Part shown: piece by piece, positions 43,183-54,228 of the stretch
How positions within the stretch are numbered: position 1 is the first letter of the stretch
Layout: the number at the start of each line of letters is the position of its first letter
NCBI GenBank assembly: GCA_965203905.1
Contig: CBDBDQ010000005.1
Coordinates: forward strand, 4,192,001-4,256,000
Origin: Spirochaetia bacterium
GTDB lineage: Bacteria > Spirochaetota > Spirochaetia > SZUA-6 > Bin103
Direction: 5' to 3'
DNA: 64,000 nucleotides
The notes under the pieces: generated by a model
Told to the model about the DNA's origin: nothing
Database searches by the model: none
Seen by the model: the letters and a program-made list of their open reading frames with translations, nothing else
Position numbers and translations under genes: made by a program

Positions 43183-45123
43183 ATGACAAGAGTGTCGATT
43201 CTCATTTTGTGCATTGCCCTGCCAGGCTCTCTGCTGTGGGCAGCAGCCGCGACCGAAGAAGAGCAGGGATCCCAGACCGCAGCCGCGGTTCCCACTGGCA
43301 GATACCTGGAGTCTCCGCTGCTGACTGCGCGAGTAAGCTCTGGAGAACTGCCTCCGGTGGAAGAGCGACTTCCGGATCAACCGGTGGTGTTCGACGCTTC
43401 CTGGAACGACGTTCCGACCGAAGACCTGGACTTTCAGGTAGGCAGGTACGGCGGAACCCTGAGAGCGGTTCGTACCCACCCCAACTGGGATGCCGACGTG
43501 TGGGCGATGTTGAAAGAGACCCTGGTAGCGTCCCCCGGTTGGATGGATGCAAATCCCAAGGACCTGCGGGGCAACGTCATCCTGGACTACGAGATTTCCG
43601 CGGATGGAACGACCTTCACCTTCACCATGCGGGAAGGGCTGAAATGGTCGGACGGTGTTCCCGTTACCACGGAAGACGTGCGCTTCACCTACGAAGACGT
43701 GCACATGAACGATGAGCTGCAGGAATTCGGCTGGGACATCCTGCAACAGTGGATGAGGGCAAGGAATCAGCCGGACGGAGAACCGATGCTGGTGGAGGTC
43801 ATTGACGACTACACCTTCCAGGTGAGCTTTCCGGAGCCCTATCCCGGCTTCATCAATAGCCTGGCAGTGTTCTGGGGCACCTACCGCGACTTTCTGAAGC
43901 CGAAGCATCACCTGATGAATTTTCACCCCGAGTATACTTCCTCGGACAAGCTCAAGGAGGCGCTGGCCGAGGCAGGATTGGAAGACAATGAATGGTACAA
44001 GCTGTTTCTCCAGGAGGACCACAACACCTGGGAGAAGACCAACACCACCGCGGTCGATTTCCCGAGCCTCTGTCCCTGGATCATTTCCGAGGTGACCCCT
44101 ACCGTAACTCTGTGGGAACGGAATCCGTACTACTTCAAGGTCGACTCGGACGGGCAACAGCTCCCCTACATCGACCTGGTGAGGTCGGAGTACGTAACCG
44201 ACAGAGAGACCATAAACCTGAAAATCGTTGCCGGTGAGCTGGATATTGTCGAACGCGAGGCAGGTGGTCCGAATCTACCGTTATTCAAGGAGAACGAGGA
44301 GCGGGGCGGCTATAACGTGACCCTGCTGCAGCAACACTTCGCGCCGGTCGACATATACCTGAACATGACCCATGCGGACCCGGTGTGGCGAGGGCTCGCA
44401 CAGGACGTCCGGTTTCGCCAGGCGCTGAATATGGCGATCAACCGCCAGGACATCATCGACAAGGTGTTTTACGGGTTTGCGTCGCTGCCTGAGGTGGTGC
44501 CCAGCGCCTACGATCCGGCGCGAGCGAATGAGCTCCTGGATGAGATCGGATTGACCGCGCGGGATGGCGACGGCAACCGACTGGGACCGGACGGCGAGCC
44601 GCTCCTGATACCGATCGAGTGGGCGCCGGAGTCCCCGGACTTTCAGCCGGTGGTCGAGCTGCTGACCCGGGACTGGACGGAACTGGACCTCGACGTGACG
44701 CCGAAAGAGCTGCAGCAGGACTTGCTCCATGAGCGCGAGCGCTCGAACGAGATCAAGATCAGCCTGAACTGGGACGACCTGGAGAAGTGGTGGCTGTTCG
44801 CCACCATCTGGGGCTCGCCGAGATTCGCTACCCATTCGTGGCACCTGTGGTATACCAGCGGCGGCGAATCGGGGGAGCAGGGTCCCGACTGGGTGTACGA
44901 GTTCTTCGACCAGATCGCGGAGGTACGGTCGTCCTCCTATGAGGACGCGCAGCGGCTGGTGAAGGGCGCTCAGCAGATCATGTATGACAACATCCTCTAC
45001 ATTCCGACCGTGCAGAAACTGAGGAAGCCGCTATTGACTTCCGTCAAGCTGGGGAATGTACCTACCAGTGGCATGGTCCTGGTCGGCGTCAACAGCGGCG
45101 AGCAGCTCTTTTTCAGAGAGTAG
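43183..45123 (+). CDS. Family-5 ABC substrate-binding protein
   Basis: Signal peptide LWAAAATEEE; ELPPVEERLP, YGGTL, KWSDGVP, ERNPYYFKVD..GQQLPYID. Confidence 0.9.
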   Translation: MTRVSILILCIALPGSLLWAAAATEEEQGSQTAAAVPTGRYLESPLLTARVSSGELPPVEERLPDQPVVFDASWNDVPTEDLDFQVGRYGGTLRAVRTHPNWDADVWAMLKETLVASPGWMDANPKDLRGNVILDYEISADGTTFTFTMREGLKWSDGVPVTTEDVRFTYEDVHMNDELQEFGWDILQQWMRARNQPDGEPMLVEVIDDYTFQVSFPEPYPGFINSLAVFWGTYRDFLKPKHHLMNFHPEYTSSDKLKEALAEAGLEDNEWYKLFLQEDHNTWEKTNTTAVDFPSLCPWIISEVTPTVTLWERNPYYFKVDSDGQQLPYIDLVRSEYVTDRETINLKIVAGELDIVEREAGGPNLPLFKENEERGGYNVTLLQQHFAPVDIYLNMTHADPVWRGLAQDVRFRQALNMAINRQDIIDKVFYGFASLPEVVPSAYDPARANELLDEIGLTARDGDGNRLGPDGEPLLIPIEWAPESPDFQPVVELLTRDWTELDLDVTPKELQQDLLHERERSNEIKISLNWDDLEKWWLFATIWGSPRFATHSWHLWYTSGGESGEQGPDWVYEFFDQIAEVRSSSYEDAQRLVKGAQQIMYDNILYIPTVQKLRKPLLTSVKLGNVPTSGMVLVGVNSGEQLFFRE

Positions 45124-45204
45124 TCGGAGTTCGCCTGCTGGTTACCGCGTGGCGCTGCGGCCGGGAGCCTCGGCGCCACGCCTTCAGCAACATCGTAGCG
45201 CAGC

Positions 45205-46203
45205 ATGGTAGGATATATTCTCGGCCGTATCCTTCAGGTGGTGCCGCTGTTGATCGCTCTGTCCATCGTCAGCTTTCTCATCATCGAGCTTCCCCCCGGC
45301 GATTATCTGACTTCCCTCATCTTGCGCCTGGAGCAGTCCGGCAAGCAACTCAACGACGAAGAGGTGCTGCGGCTGAAGAAACAGTACGGTCTGGATAGAC
45401 CTGCGGTCGTCCGTTACTCCATGTGGATATGGAATATTCTCAGCGACGGGGACTTTGGCAGATCCTTTACCTGGCAGAGACCGGTAGCCGAAGTAATCAC
45501 CGAGCGCATCGTCTTGACCATGGTCATATCGATAGCTACCCTGCTGTTCACCTGGGTGGTGGCGGTCCCGGCGGGTATCTATTCGGCGCTCCGGCAGTAC
45601 TCTCCATTCGACTACGTTACCACGTTCTTCGGCTTCATCGGGTTGTCGACTCCCAACTTTCTGCTGGCGCTGATCCTGATGTGGTTGGCCTTCAACCATC
45701 TCGGTGTGGCAGTGACGGGGCTGTTCTCTCCCGAGTATGCGGATTCCGCCTGGAGCCTGGCCAAGGTAGGGAACATGCTCAGCCACATCTGGGTACCCAT
45801 TCTGGTCATAGGCACGGCCGGTACCGCAGGGATTATCCGCGTGATGCGGGGATGCCTGCTGGATGAGCTCCGCAAGCAGTACGTAGTCACCTCGCGCGCC
45901 AAGGGGTTGGCCGAGACCAGGTTGGTGTTCAAGTATCCGGTGCGGGTCGCGGTCAATCCGCTGATCAGCACCATTGGTTGGCTGTTGCCGGCGATTATCT
46001 CCGGAGAAACCATAACGGCGATTGTCCTGAACCTTCCGACTTCCGGCCCGATGTTGTTCCAGGCGCTGCTCGCTCAGGATACCTACCTTGCCGCGAGCTT
46101 CGTGTTGATCCTGGCATTCTTGACCATAATCGGAACCTTGATCTCGGATCTTCTGCTGGTCTGGCTGGATCCCAGAATCAGATACCAGGGTGTTGCCAAG
46201 TGA
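45205..46203 (+). CDS. ABC permease (DppB/OppB-like)
   Basis: YILGRIL, GDFGRSF, STPNF, YVVTSRAKGL, LDPRIRY. Confidence 0.9.
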   Translation: MVGYILGRILQVVPLLIALSIVSFLIIELPPGDYLTSLILRLEQSGKQLNDEEVLRLKKQYGLDRPAVVRYSMWIWNILSDGDFGRSFTWQRPVAEVITERIVLTMVISIATLLFTWVVAVPAGIYSALRQYSPFDYVTTFFGFIGLSTPNFLLALILMWLAFNHLGVAVTGLFSPEYADSAWSLAKVGNMLSHIWVPILVIGTAGTAGIIRVMRGCLLDELRKQYVVTSRAKGLAETRLVFKYPVRVAVNPLISTIGWLLPAIISGETITAIVLNLPTSGPMLFQALLAQDTYLAASFVLILAFLTIIGTLISDLLLVWLDPRIRYQGVAK

Positions 46204-47312
46204 CTGCGACCGAGGTCGCAAGAGATCGCGAAGAACGCTACTATGTCGCCTCGCAATGGCAACTTATCTGGAGGAACTTCAAGAAACACAGGCTCGGATT
46301 GGCCGCATTGCCGGTACTTGGTTGTCTCTATTTCCTGGCCGTATTTGGCGAGTTTGTCAGTGCCTACACCCCGTTGACCTACTTTCGGGATCGCGAGAAC
46401 GTGCCGCCGCAGAGGATCCACTTCGTGCGCCCGGACGGTACCTTTCAACTGCGCCCGTTCATCTACGGGTTGCAACAGGAGATGGATCCCGACACGTTTC
46501 GGCAGGTGTACCGGCACGATACCACAAGCATCGTTCCTCTGCGCTTCTTCGTGACGGGTGAACCGTACAAGATGTGGAACCTGTTCCACGCCGACAAGCA
46601 CCTCTTCGGAACCGATGGAGAAGCTGTCTTTCTGCTCGGCACGGACCGCTTGGGGCGGGATCTCTTGTCGCGGGTGATATATGCGTCACGCATCTCTCTG
46701 ACCGTGGGTCTGGTCGGGGTGATAATGACGTTCGTGTTCGGACTCGTGCTCGGCGGCGTGTCCGGCTACTTCGGCGGCGTGATCGATACGGTGGTAATGA
46801 GAGCGATTGACTTCGTAATATCGTTGCCGACCATTCCCCTGTGGATGGCGCTGGCGGCGGCGCTTCCGGAGAGCTGGAGCTCGATTCAGGTCTATTTCGC
46901 CATTACCCTCATCTTTTCGATCATCGGTTGGGCCGGCCTGGCGCGCGTAATCAGGGGAAAGCTCCTGGCGTTGCGAGAAGAGGACTTCGTGATGGCGGCG
47001 AAGATCTCCGGAGCCTCCAACGCCAGCATTATCGGCAGGCATCTGCTGCCATCGTTTGCCAGCTATCTCATTGTAAACCTGACGATCGCGGTACCCTCGA
47101 TGATCCTCGGCGAAACCGCCTTGAGTTTTCTGGGTCTGGGGATTCGCCCTCCCTCGGTAAGCTGGGGTACGTTGCTGCAGGACGCCCAAAAGCTACAGGT
47201 ATTGGCCCATCAACCCTGGCTGCTGATACCGTGCATCTTCGTGATCGTTACGGTATTGATGTACAATTTTCTCGGTGACGGACTGCGCGATGCCGCTGAT
47301 CCCTATCGATGA
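46200..47312 (+). CDS. ABC permease (DppC/OppC-like)
   Basis: LGTDRLGRDL, REEDFV.AA, ETALSFLGLG, LGDGLRDAADP. Confidence 0.9.
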   Translation: MTATEVARDREERYYVASQWQLIWRNFKKHRLGLAALPVLGCLYFLAVFGEFVSAYTPLTYFRDRENVPPQRIHFVRPDGTFQLRPFIYGLQQEMDPDTFRQVYRHDTTSIVPLRFFVTGEPYKMWNLFHADKHLFGTDGEAVFLLGTDRLGRDLLSRVIYASRISLTVGLVGVIMTFVFGLVLGGVSGYFGGVIDTVVMRAIDFVISLPTIPLWMALAAALPESWSSIQVYFAITLIFSIIGWAGLARVIRGKLLALREEDFVMAAKISGASNASIIGRHLLPSFASYLIVNLTIAVPSMILGETALSFLGLGIRPPSVSWGTLLQDAQKLQVLAHQPWLLIPCIFVIVTVLMYNFLGDGLRDAADPYR

Positions 47313-47338
47313 ATCGCTGAATCGCCGAGGTTTGAGGA

Positions 47339-48901
47339 GTGAGCACGTTGACGGCGAATGATGACAACGTTTCCGGACAGATCGAAAGAATGTCGAGCCT
47401 TGTTCCCCGGGCGCGCGAGCTGCGTGAGAGATACCAACGGGATCCGCACCGGCCGGCGTATCATTTCGTTGCCCCGGAAGGTATCTGCCACCCGTTCGAT
47501 CCGCAGGGCTGCATCTATTGGAAAGGGAGGTGCCACCTGTTCTACGCATACCAGGTGGAGGGCGTGGGCGTGTGGGGACACGCCTCCAGTGCCGACCTGG
47601 TGCACTGGATCCATCACCCGATCCCGTTGGGAGTGTCGCCCGGGGACCCGGAGGAACAGGTCTACGCCGGCGGCTCGCTGGTAAACAAGGATGGCGTGCC
47701 GACCATGATCTACCACGGGGTGAACGCCGGCACGTGCATTGCCACCAGTGAGGACGACGAATTGATCCATTGGACCAAGCATCCGGCAAATCCGGTGATC
47801 CCCAAGCCCAGGGAGGGTGATGATGGCTATGGCAAATACCATGTCTGGGACACCTGCGGCTGGCTCCACGAGGATACCTACTACTCCATTTGCGGGAACC
47901 ATCCGTTCGAGCTTCCCGAATCGGACGGCGACACAGCCTACCTGTTCCGCTCTCACGACCTGGTCAACTGGGAGTATGTCCATCCGTTTTATCAATCCGA
48001 CCGGCGCTGGACGGAGGCGAACGAAGACTGCTCCTGTCCCGATTTCTTTCCGATCGGGAACAAGCACATGCTCATGTTCATCAGCCATACCCACGGCACC
48101 CAGTACTACCTGGGCAGCTACGACGGGGAGAGATTCGTGCCCGAGCGCCATGCTCGGATGAGCTGGGCGGGCGGACCCCTGTTCGCGCAGGAGAGCCTGC
48201 TGGCTGGAGACGGCAGGCGCATCTTCTGGGCCTGGGTGTTCGAGTCCCGGTCGCGGAACGCGCAACTGTCCGCCGGCTGGGCGGGGGTGATGAGTCTTCC
48301 TCGGGTGCTGTCCCTCGGCCAGGATGGCACTTTGCTTATCGAACCTGCCGAGGAGCTGCAGATGCTCAGGCGGAACTACCGCCGGCAGGAAGGTGTCGGC
48401 CTTGCGGACGGGTCGGAAATGAGATTGAAGGGGATGGAAGGGGACTGCCTGGAGCTCGCTCTCGAGGTAGACGATCCCCGTGGGCAGCAGCTCGGGGTGA
48501 TGGTGCGTTGTTCTCCGGATTGCGAGGAGCACACCGTGATTCTGTTCGACGACGAGGCACGGACGCTGCAGGTGGACACCTCGCGCTCCAGCTTGAGCCC
48601 GGAAATCGTGCAACCGTGGCCTCAACACGGCACCTCCTTCTCGCCCAATCCGCTGGACGGGCGGGAAGATGTCCGGGTCCAGAAGGCGCCCTTCGAACTG
48701 GCGCCCGGTGAGCCGCTCAGACTGCGGATCTTCCTTGACCGCTCGATTCTGGAGGTGTTTGCCAACAGCCGGCAGTGCGTGACGCAGAGAATCTACCCGA
48801 CGCGAAGCGACAGCATGGGGGTAAGGCTGTTCAGCCGAAAGGGCCGCATCTCGGTGCGGTCCATCGAAGCCTGGGATATCACCGCGGCCAACCCCTGGTA
48901 A
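47339..48901 (+). CDS. Glycoside hydrolase family 32-like protein
   Basis: RPAYHF, FDPQG, WGHASSADLVHW, CPDFF, SLPR, IFLDRSILEVF. Confidence 0.85.
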   Translation: MSTLTANDDNVSGQIERMSSLVPRARELRERYQRDPHRPAYHFVAPEGICHPFDPQGCIYWKGRCHLFYAYQVEGVGVWGHASSADLVHWIHHPIPLGVSPGDPEEQVYAGGSLVNKDGVPTMIYHGVNAGTCIATSEDDELIHWTKHPANPVIPKPREGDDGYGKYHVWDTCGWLHEDTYYSICGNHPFELPESDGDTAYLFRSHDLVNWEYVHPFYQSDRRWTEANEDCSCPDFFPIGNKHMLMFISHTHGTQYYLGSYDGERFVPERHARMSWAGGPLFAQESLLAGDGRRIFWAWVFESRSRNAQLSAGWAGVMSLPRVLSLGQDGTLLIEPAEELQMLRRNYRRQEGVGLADGSEMRLKGMEGDCLELALEVDDPRGQQLGVMVRCSPDCEEHTVILFDDEARTLQVDTSRSSLSPEIVQPWPQHGTSFSPNPLDGREDVRVQKAPFELAPGEPLRLRIFLDRSILEVFANSRQCVTQRIYPTRSDSMGVRLFSRKGRISVRSIEAWDITAANPW

Positions 48902-48926
48902 CCGCGGCATCAAGAGATCAGTTCAA

Positions 48927-50441
48927 ATGGAATCACCTCGGTACTATGACCGGCCCGACATGGCGCCATGTTCGACGCTTCACTTCCGCCCGGAAGGGGC
49001 ATTGGTCGGGGATGCGTCGTTCTTTCGGCACGGCGATGAGTGTCACATCTTCTACCTGAGCAAGCGCAACGACGATCCGCCGCGCCTGCCGACGTGTCAG
49101 CTCGATCATGCGGTCAGCAAGGACCTCCTGCATTGGGAAAGATTGCCCACGGCTCTGTTTCCGGGAGAACCGGGGGAGCCTGATGACGATGGCATCGGCG
49201 GATGTTCCATCGTGTGTCGGGACGGCAGGTTTCACATGTTCTACGCTGGAACCAATCCCCAGGTGACCTACCATGCGGAGAGCCGTGACCTCATCGAGTG
49301 GCGGAAGGATGACCCGCTGAAGCCGGTCATCGTTCCCGATCCGCGCTGGTACATGGCGCACGACGCGGCGGTGCAGGATCCGTACAACGAGCGGGGTTGG
49401 CGGGATCCGTTTCTGTTTCATGACGACAAGCAAGGACGCTACGTGATGACGGTGACGGCCAGGCGCAACCAGGGACCATGGCGCGAGCGGGGCTGCGTTG
49501 CCTGGGTGGTCAGCAGCGACCTCGTCGACTGGCAGGTGCAGGCGCCTCTCTACGCTCCTTCGCTGGGAATGAACCTGGAGGTCACCGAGCTGTTCGAGAT
49601 GGATGGTCGCTACTTCCTGATTTTCTGTCATGGAGAGACCAATACGACCCGTTACCGGGTGGCGGATCGGTTGGAGGGTCCCTACCGGTGTCCGGCGGAT
49701 GACGTCCTGCTGCCGAACTACCTGTACGCGCCGCGGACGATTGAACGGCTTGGAAAGCGGTACCTGATCCCATGGGTGGCGGATCGCCTCAACGGCAGCG
49801 ACGACAATCGGTCGGAGTTCGGCGCCGAAGGAGTTACCTGGGGCGGCGCCTTGGGCACGCCCCAGGAAATGCGCTGCCTCGCGGACGGCAGACTTGCGCT
49901 GTTCTTCCCGGACATCGTGACAGGGCTGGCCGGCACGCAGACGCTGGGTGCAGGCAGCCTCGACCATCTGCGGACCGAGCGCGGCGAATGGAAGCGGCAG
50001 GGAGAGACGCTACTGGCGTCGTCCGATCAGGGAATGGCACGCGGACTGGTGGCCGTGCGCGGACACGACTTCCTGCTCTCGTGCCGTATCAGGATTGGCC
50101 GTGGCGTAGCCGCGGGATTGATCCTGCGCGCCAGTGAAGACGGCGCGGCCGGCTACTACTTGCGCCTGGAGCCTGCACTGAAGAACGTCTCCCTGTGGAG
50201 GTATCCGCGGCCGTGGTTCTGTGCCAGGCCAATGGCGTTCCGGGTAATCCCGGAGCTGGACCATGGGCAAACCATAGAGGTGAAGGTAATCCTGCACCGG
50301 CACGTGCTCGACGTATACCTGGATGACCGCCAGGTGTTGAGTCGCGCCGTGTACGACTACCGGGAAGGGCAGTTCGGATTGTTCGTCGAAGACGCGGCGG
50401 CAGAGTTCGGACCTCTCGCAGCGAACACCCTCAAGGAGTGA
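48927..50441 (+). CDS. GH32/clan GH-J five-bladed propeller glycoside hydrolase
   Basis: VGDASF, HAVSKDLLHW, WRDPF, SSDLVDW, LEVTELF. Confidence 0.8.
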   Translation: MESPRYYDRPDMAPCSTLHFRPEGALVGDASFFRHGDECHIFYLSKRNDDPPRLPTCQLDHAVSKDLLHWERLPTALFPGEPGEPDDDGIGGCSIVCRDGRFHMFYAGTNPQVTYHAESRDLIEWRKDDPLKPVIVPDPRWYMAHDAAVQDPYNERGWRDPFLFHDDKQGRYVMTVTARRNQGPWRERGCVAWVVSSDLVDWQVQAPLYAPSLGMNLEVTELFEMDGRYFLIFCHGETNTTRYRVADRLEGPYRCPADDVLLPNYLYAPRTIERLGKRYLIPWVADRLNGSDDNRSEFGAEGVTWGGALGTPQEMRCLADGRLALFFPDIVTGLAGTQTLGAGSLDHLRTERGEWKRQGETLLASSDQGMARGLVAVRGHDFLLSCRIRIGRGVAAGLILRASEDGAAGYYLRLEPALKNVSLWRYPRPWFCARPMAFRVIPELDHGQTIEVKVILHRHVLDVYLDDRQVLSRAVYDYREGQFGLFVEDAAAEFGPLAANTLKE

Positions 50442-50511
50442 ACTTGCGACGATGTAGTTCTCGACCAGCGCCCTGCGCAGGTGGCGTTCGTCCGCCATGC
50501 GGTGCCCCGGT

Positions 50512-50901
50512 TCAGAGTTGCTCCTCGATCCACCTGCCATCGTGCGCGGGGTTGTAGATGAGACCGCGCTGCATGTCCACGGCCAGGTCCAGTAACTCCA
50601 TGACCATATGGCCGACCAGCACCGGCGTACCGTCGGGGAGGTTGGTAACTTCGAGCGTGCCGGACCGTCCCAGGACGGTGAATCTGACCTCCGAATAGGC
50701 GGTCAAGGAACGCGTCGTGCCGACCGGCGTGAGCCCCAACTGGGAGATCAGATTTTGAGGCAACGAGAGCCGGGTGGCACCGGTGTCGACCAACGCATCG
50801 CGCACTTCCAGACTCCGCACTCTCGCGCGCTCGATGATGCCGCTCTCAGCCCGGATTTCATCGGCTCGATTGACCAACGTGATTTCCGTCGTATGGCGCA
50901 T
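50512..50901 (-). CDS. Clan AA (retropepsin-like) aspartyl protease
   Basis: ALVDTGA motif and VLVG...L.LAVD tail. Confidence 0.8.
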   Translation of the reverse strand: MRHTTEITLVNRADEIRAESGIIERARVRSLEVRDALVDTGATRLSLPQNLISQLGLTPVGTTRSLTAYSEVRFTVLGRSGTLEVTNLPDGTPVLVGHMVMELLDLAVDMQRGLIYNPAHDGRWIEEQL

Positions 50902-51099
50902 GGATGCGCCAGGAACGTACCATCTCGGCCAGGGGCAGGCAACCGAGCCCGCTCCGGCGATCGCGTGACCGGGCGGCTGACATCTTCCTGATCAGCAATC
51001 GCTCGAGCGCTTCGACCTCGCGGTCGTGATCTTGCGTCCCCGTAAGAGATTCGCCGAGCTGCCGTGAAACGCGGCTTGGCTCGCTCGGCTCACGCGCGC

Positions 51100-51335
51100 T
51101 TGACGGTTGGCGGTCGTGTGGTACAGTGACTGCTTCGGGAGTCGGAAAGCCGCTCATGAAGCGCAGTGACACATCCCACCGCAGCCGCCGGTTCGCTCCA
51201 ACGCAACCGGTGCGTCCCCCCCGGCAGGCAGTCGCGTAAGCCACGCACAAGTAAGCAATAGCGTTACCCAACCCGGGCTGCGTGCAGCCTTGCGGCAGTA
51301 CCCGACACCTCCAATCCTCCGGCGTTGCCGGACCT
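51100..51335 (+). promoter_or_regulatory. Conserved SBP-operon leader, copy C (promoter motif plus short ORF 51156-51239)
   Basis: TTGACG-N16-TACAGT then ATGAAGCGC; peptide MKRSDTSHRSRRFAPTQPVRPP aligns with copy B. Confidence 0.5.
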
Positions 51336-51564
51336 GGGAGCGAAGCGCTGGCGACCGGCCGGTCCGTGCAAGGGGGTGTCCGTGACGAGATAGACCACGC
51401 CACGGGACCCGCGTAACGCCGCGTCGCGCACGCAGTTCCCGAGTAGCACATGGGCTGCCCGCCTCGCTAATGGCCGCCTGCGGTCGATGTAGGCAACGAG
51501 AGCAGGCGAGGGGCCGGGCCGTGAGATCGGAGAATGCTCTCGAACGAGATCGGAGGTAATTCGC

Positions 51565-53098
51565 CCCGGTAGTCGAGAAACTCGTCATCGGCGACTGGGC
51601 GATCGGCGGGAGCGAGCATAACTGGCGCAGCTATAACGTGCCGTTCTCGGTCATGCAAGGACAGTTGGCGGAGAGTTGGGAAACGCCGGACGCCACCACG
51701 ATCATCGTCAAGGTCCGCCCGGGCGTTTACTGGCACGACAAGCCACCGATGAACGGTCGGGAGCTGACCGCCAGCGATATCGAGTTCAACTATCATCGCC
51801 TCTTGGGGCTCGGCAGCGGTTTCAGCGAACCCACGCCGTTCAGTTGGACACTCCCTGCCGTCACATCCGTGACGGCCACCGACAAATCGACGGTAGTCTT
51901 CAAGCTGACGAGGCCAGACCTCTTTGGGGTGCGCAAGGCATTCGACACGTGGGATACGTGGATCTACCCTCCGGAGGTCATCCAGCAACACGGCGACATG
52001 AAGGATTGCAGGAATCTGGTGGGCACCGGGCCCATGGAGCTGACGGACCTGGTGGAAGGCAGCTCTTGGACGTGGACCCGGGTTCCCGACTACTGGGGGT
52101 TCGACGAGAAGTTCCCGGACAACCGCCTGCCCTACGTCGACGAGCTGAACGCCCTGGTCATGCCGGATGCGGCGGCGCGGATCGCGGCCCTGCGCTCGGG
52201 TCAACTCGATATGTTGGCGACTCTCGGCGACTCTCAAATGAGGTCACTCGACCAGGTGGAGAGCCTGCGCCGGACCGATCCCGACATCAGGATGTGGGAG
52301 ATCGCGTTTCGGTCCGACAACGCATTCTCCTTCGTAAACCAGCAGAATCCGCCTTTCGATGACATCCGGGTACGCCGCGCCATGCAGATGGCTCTGGACC
52401 TGGAGACGATTGCGAACACCTACTTCAAGGGTTTGGCCGATCCGACGCCACAGGGAATGATCCACAGCGACAATGCCGGAACTGGCACGCCGTTCGACGA
52501 GTGGCCGGAGGAGGTCAAGCAGTACTACCGCTACGATCCGGAACGGGCCAAGCAGCTTCTGGCCGAGGCGGGCTATCCCGATGGCTTCAAGACCCGGCTG
52601 GACTATGGGAACCGCTTCGATGCGAACTACGCAGAGCTCGTCATTGGCTACTGGGGTGAGATTGGCGTCGACGTCGAGCTGTCCGTTAAACCCGGGCCGG
52701 AGATGGTAGCCATCCAGCGGGGGCATACGACGGACGGAATGATGCACTTTTCCAGCGCTGCCACCTACGCCGATGCCGGCACGCTGAAGGCGGTTTTCAC
52801 CTCCGGCTCCACCAGCAACTTTGGCAACATCAACGACCCGGATTTCGACGCTCTGATCGAACGCGCAGAGGCAGCCACGACGCTGGAGGAACGGAATCGG
52901 CTCACCAAAGAGGCGAATCTGTACGCCATAGCCCAGCACTGGGAAGCCGTGGGTCCGACCAGCCCGCAGTTCAACGTCGCCCAGCCGTGGGTCAAAGGCT
53001 ATGACGGGGAGATATCGCTCGGCATGCAGGGCCAGTTCTTGACGCTGACGGCCCGCGTCTGGATCGATCAGGATCTGAAGCGGGAGATGGGATTCTGA
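51565..53098 (+). pseudogene. Family-5 ABC substrate-binding protein, 5'-truncated (no signal peptide)
   Basis: Homology to the SBP at 58029 starts mid-protein (VVEKLVIGDWAI...GQLAESWE); the rest of the frame is intact. Confidence 0.75.
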
Positions 53099-53121
53099 TT
53101 TAGCTGTTGGCACATGACGAA

Positions 53122-53151
53122 GTGGGATGGCGGCGCAGGCCGCCGTCCCAC
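53122..53151 (+). other. Intergenic stem-loop after the SBP gene (copy at 62319-62348)
   Basis: GTGGGATGGCGGC-GCAG-GCCGCCGTCCCAC. Confidence 0.65.
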
Positions 53152-53168
53152 ACCCGAGCCCGCCTGCA

Positions 53169-54134
53169 ATGCGAACCTACATCATCCGCCGCGTCCTGCT
53201 GCTGATCCCGACGTTCCTGCTGCTGACGGTCCTGGTGTTTCTCTCGGTGCGCTTCCTCCCCGGCGACGTCGTCGACGCCATGATGGACCGGCTGTCGAGG
53301 CGCGAAGGCGGGATGGAGCACTTCGACCGCGAGCGGGTCGAGCGCATGCTCGGGCTCGACGTGCCGGCGCCGGTGCAGTACGTGCGCTGGCTGGGCGGCA
53401 TCTTCCTGCACGGCACCCTGGGCGAGTCACTCCTTGGCGGAGTTGCGGTCGAAGAAAAGATCATCGGCCGGCTGGCGATCACCGTCGAGTTGGGCGTGCT
53501 GTCCATCCTCATCGGCCTGGTGATCGCGGTGCCGGTGGGCATCTACTCGGCGGTGCGGCAGGACACCGCGGGCGACTACGCCGGCCGTTCCATCGCCATC
53601 ATCGGCCTGGCCACGCCCAACTTCTGGCTCGCCACCCTGGTGCTGACCTTTCCCGCAATCTGGTGGGCGTGGGCGCCGCCGCTGCGCATGGTGGCGTTTG
53701 TCGACGACCCGCTGCGCAACCTCGGCCACATGCTCATTCCCAGCCTCATACTGGGCACCTACCTGTCGGCTACCGTGATGCGCATGACGCGCACCATGAT
53801 GCTGGAGGTGCTGCGCCAGGACTTCATCCGCACCGCCTGGGCGAAGGGACTGAAGGAGCGGGTGATCATCCTGCGGCACGTGATCAAGAACGCGCTGATC
53901 CCGGTGGTGACGCTGATCGGGCTGCAGTTGCCGATCCTGGTCGGCGGCTCGGTGATCATGGAGAACATGTTCGCGCTGCCGGGTCTGGGGCGGCTGATGC
54001 TGGAGGCCCTCACCGCGCGCGACTACCCGGTGGTGTCGGGCATCAACCTGTTCTTCGCGACCGCGGTGATGACGATCAACCTGTTGATCGACATCCTCTA
54101 CGGCTACCTGGACCCGCGGGTCCAGTACCGCTAG
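53169..54134 (+). CDS. ABC permease (DppB-like)
   Basis: MRTYIIRRVLLLIP, ATPNFW, QDFIRTAWAKGL, LDPRVQY. Confidence 0.9.
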   Translation: MRTYIIRRVLLLIPTFLLLTVLVFLSVRFLPGDVVDAMMDRLSRREGGMEHFDRERVERMLGLDVPAPVQYVRWLGGIFLHGTLGESLLGGVAVEEKIIGRLAITVELGVLSILIGLVIAVPVGIYSAVRQDTAGDYAGRSIAIIGLATPNFWLATLVLTFPAIWWAWAPPLRMVAFVDDPLRNLGHMLIPSLILGTYLSATVMRMTRTMMLEVLRQDFIRTAWAKGLKERVIILRHVIKNALIPVVTLIGLQLPILVGGSVIMENMFALPGLGRLMLEALTARDYPVVSGINLFFATAVMTINLLIDILYGYLDPRVQYR

Positions 54135-54228
54135 GAGGCTGGCGCGTGCGACAGACTCCTAGCGGACGGTGGGGATGGGCCGAAAGCGGCGCCGTGGCGA
54201 CGGTAGCGGGGCGGTGAGGGGGCCATCG

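Noticed and set aside
50445-50500. Gene start MADERHLRRALVENY (minus) and fragment VLWLSTPNFTYG near 42720-42780
   Set aside because: Too short to assign; at most relics at cassette boundaries.
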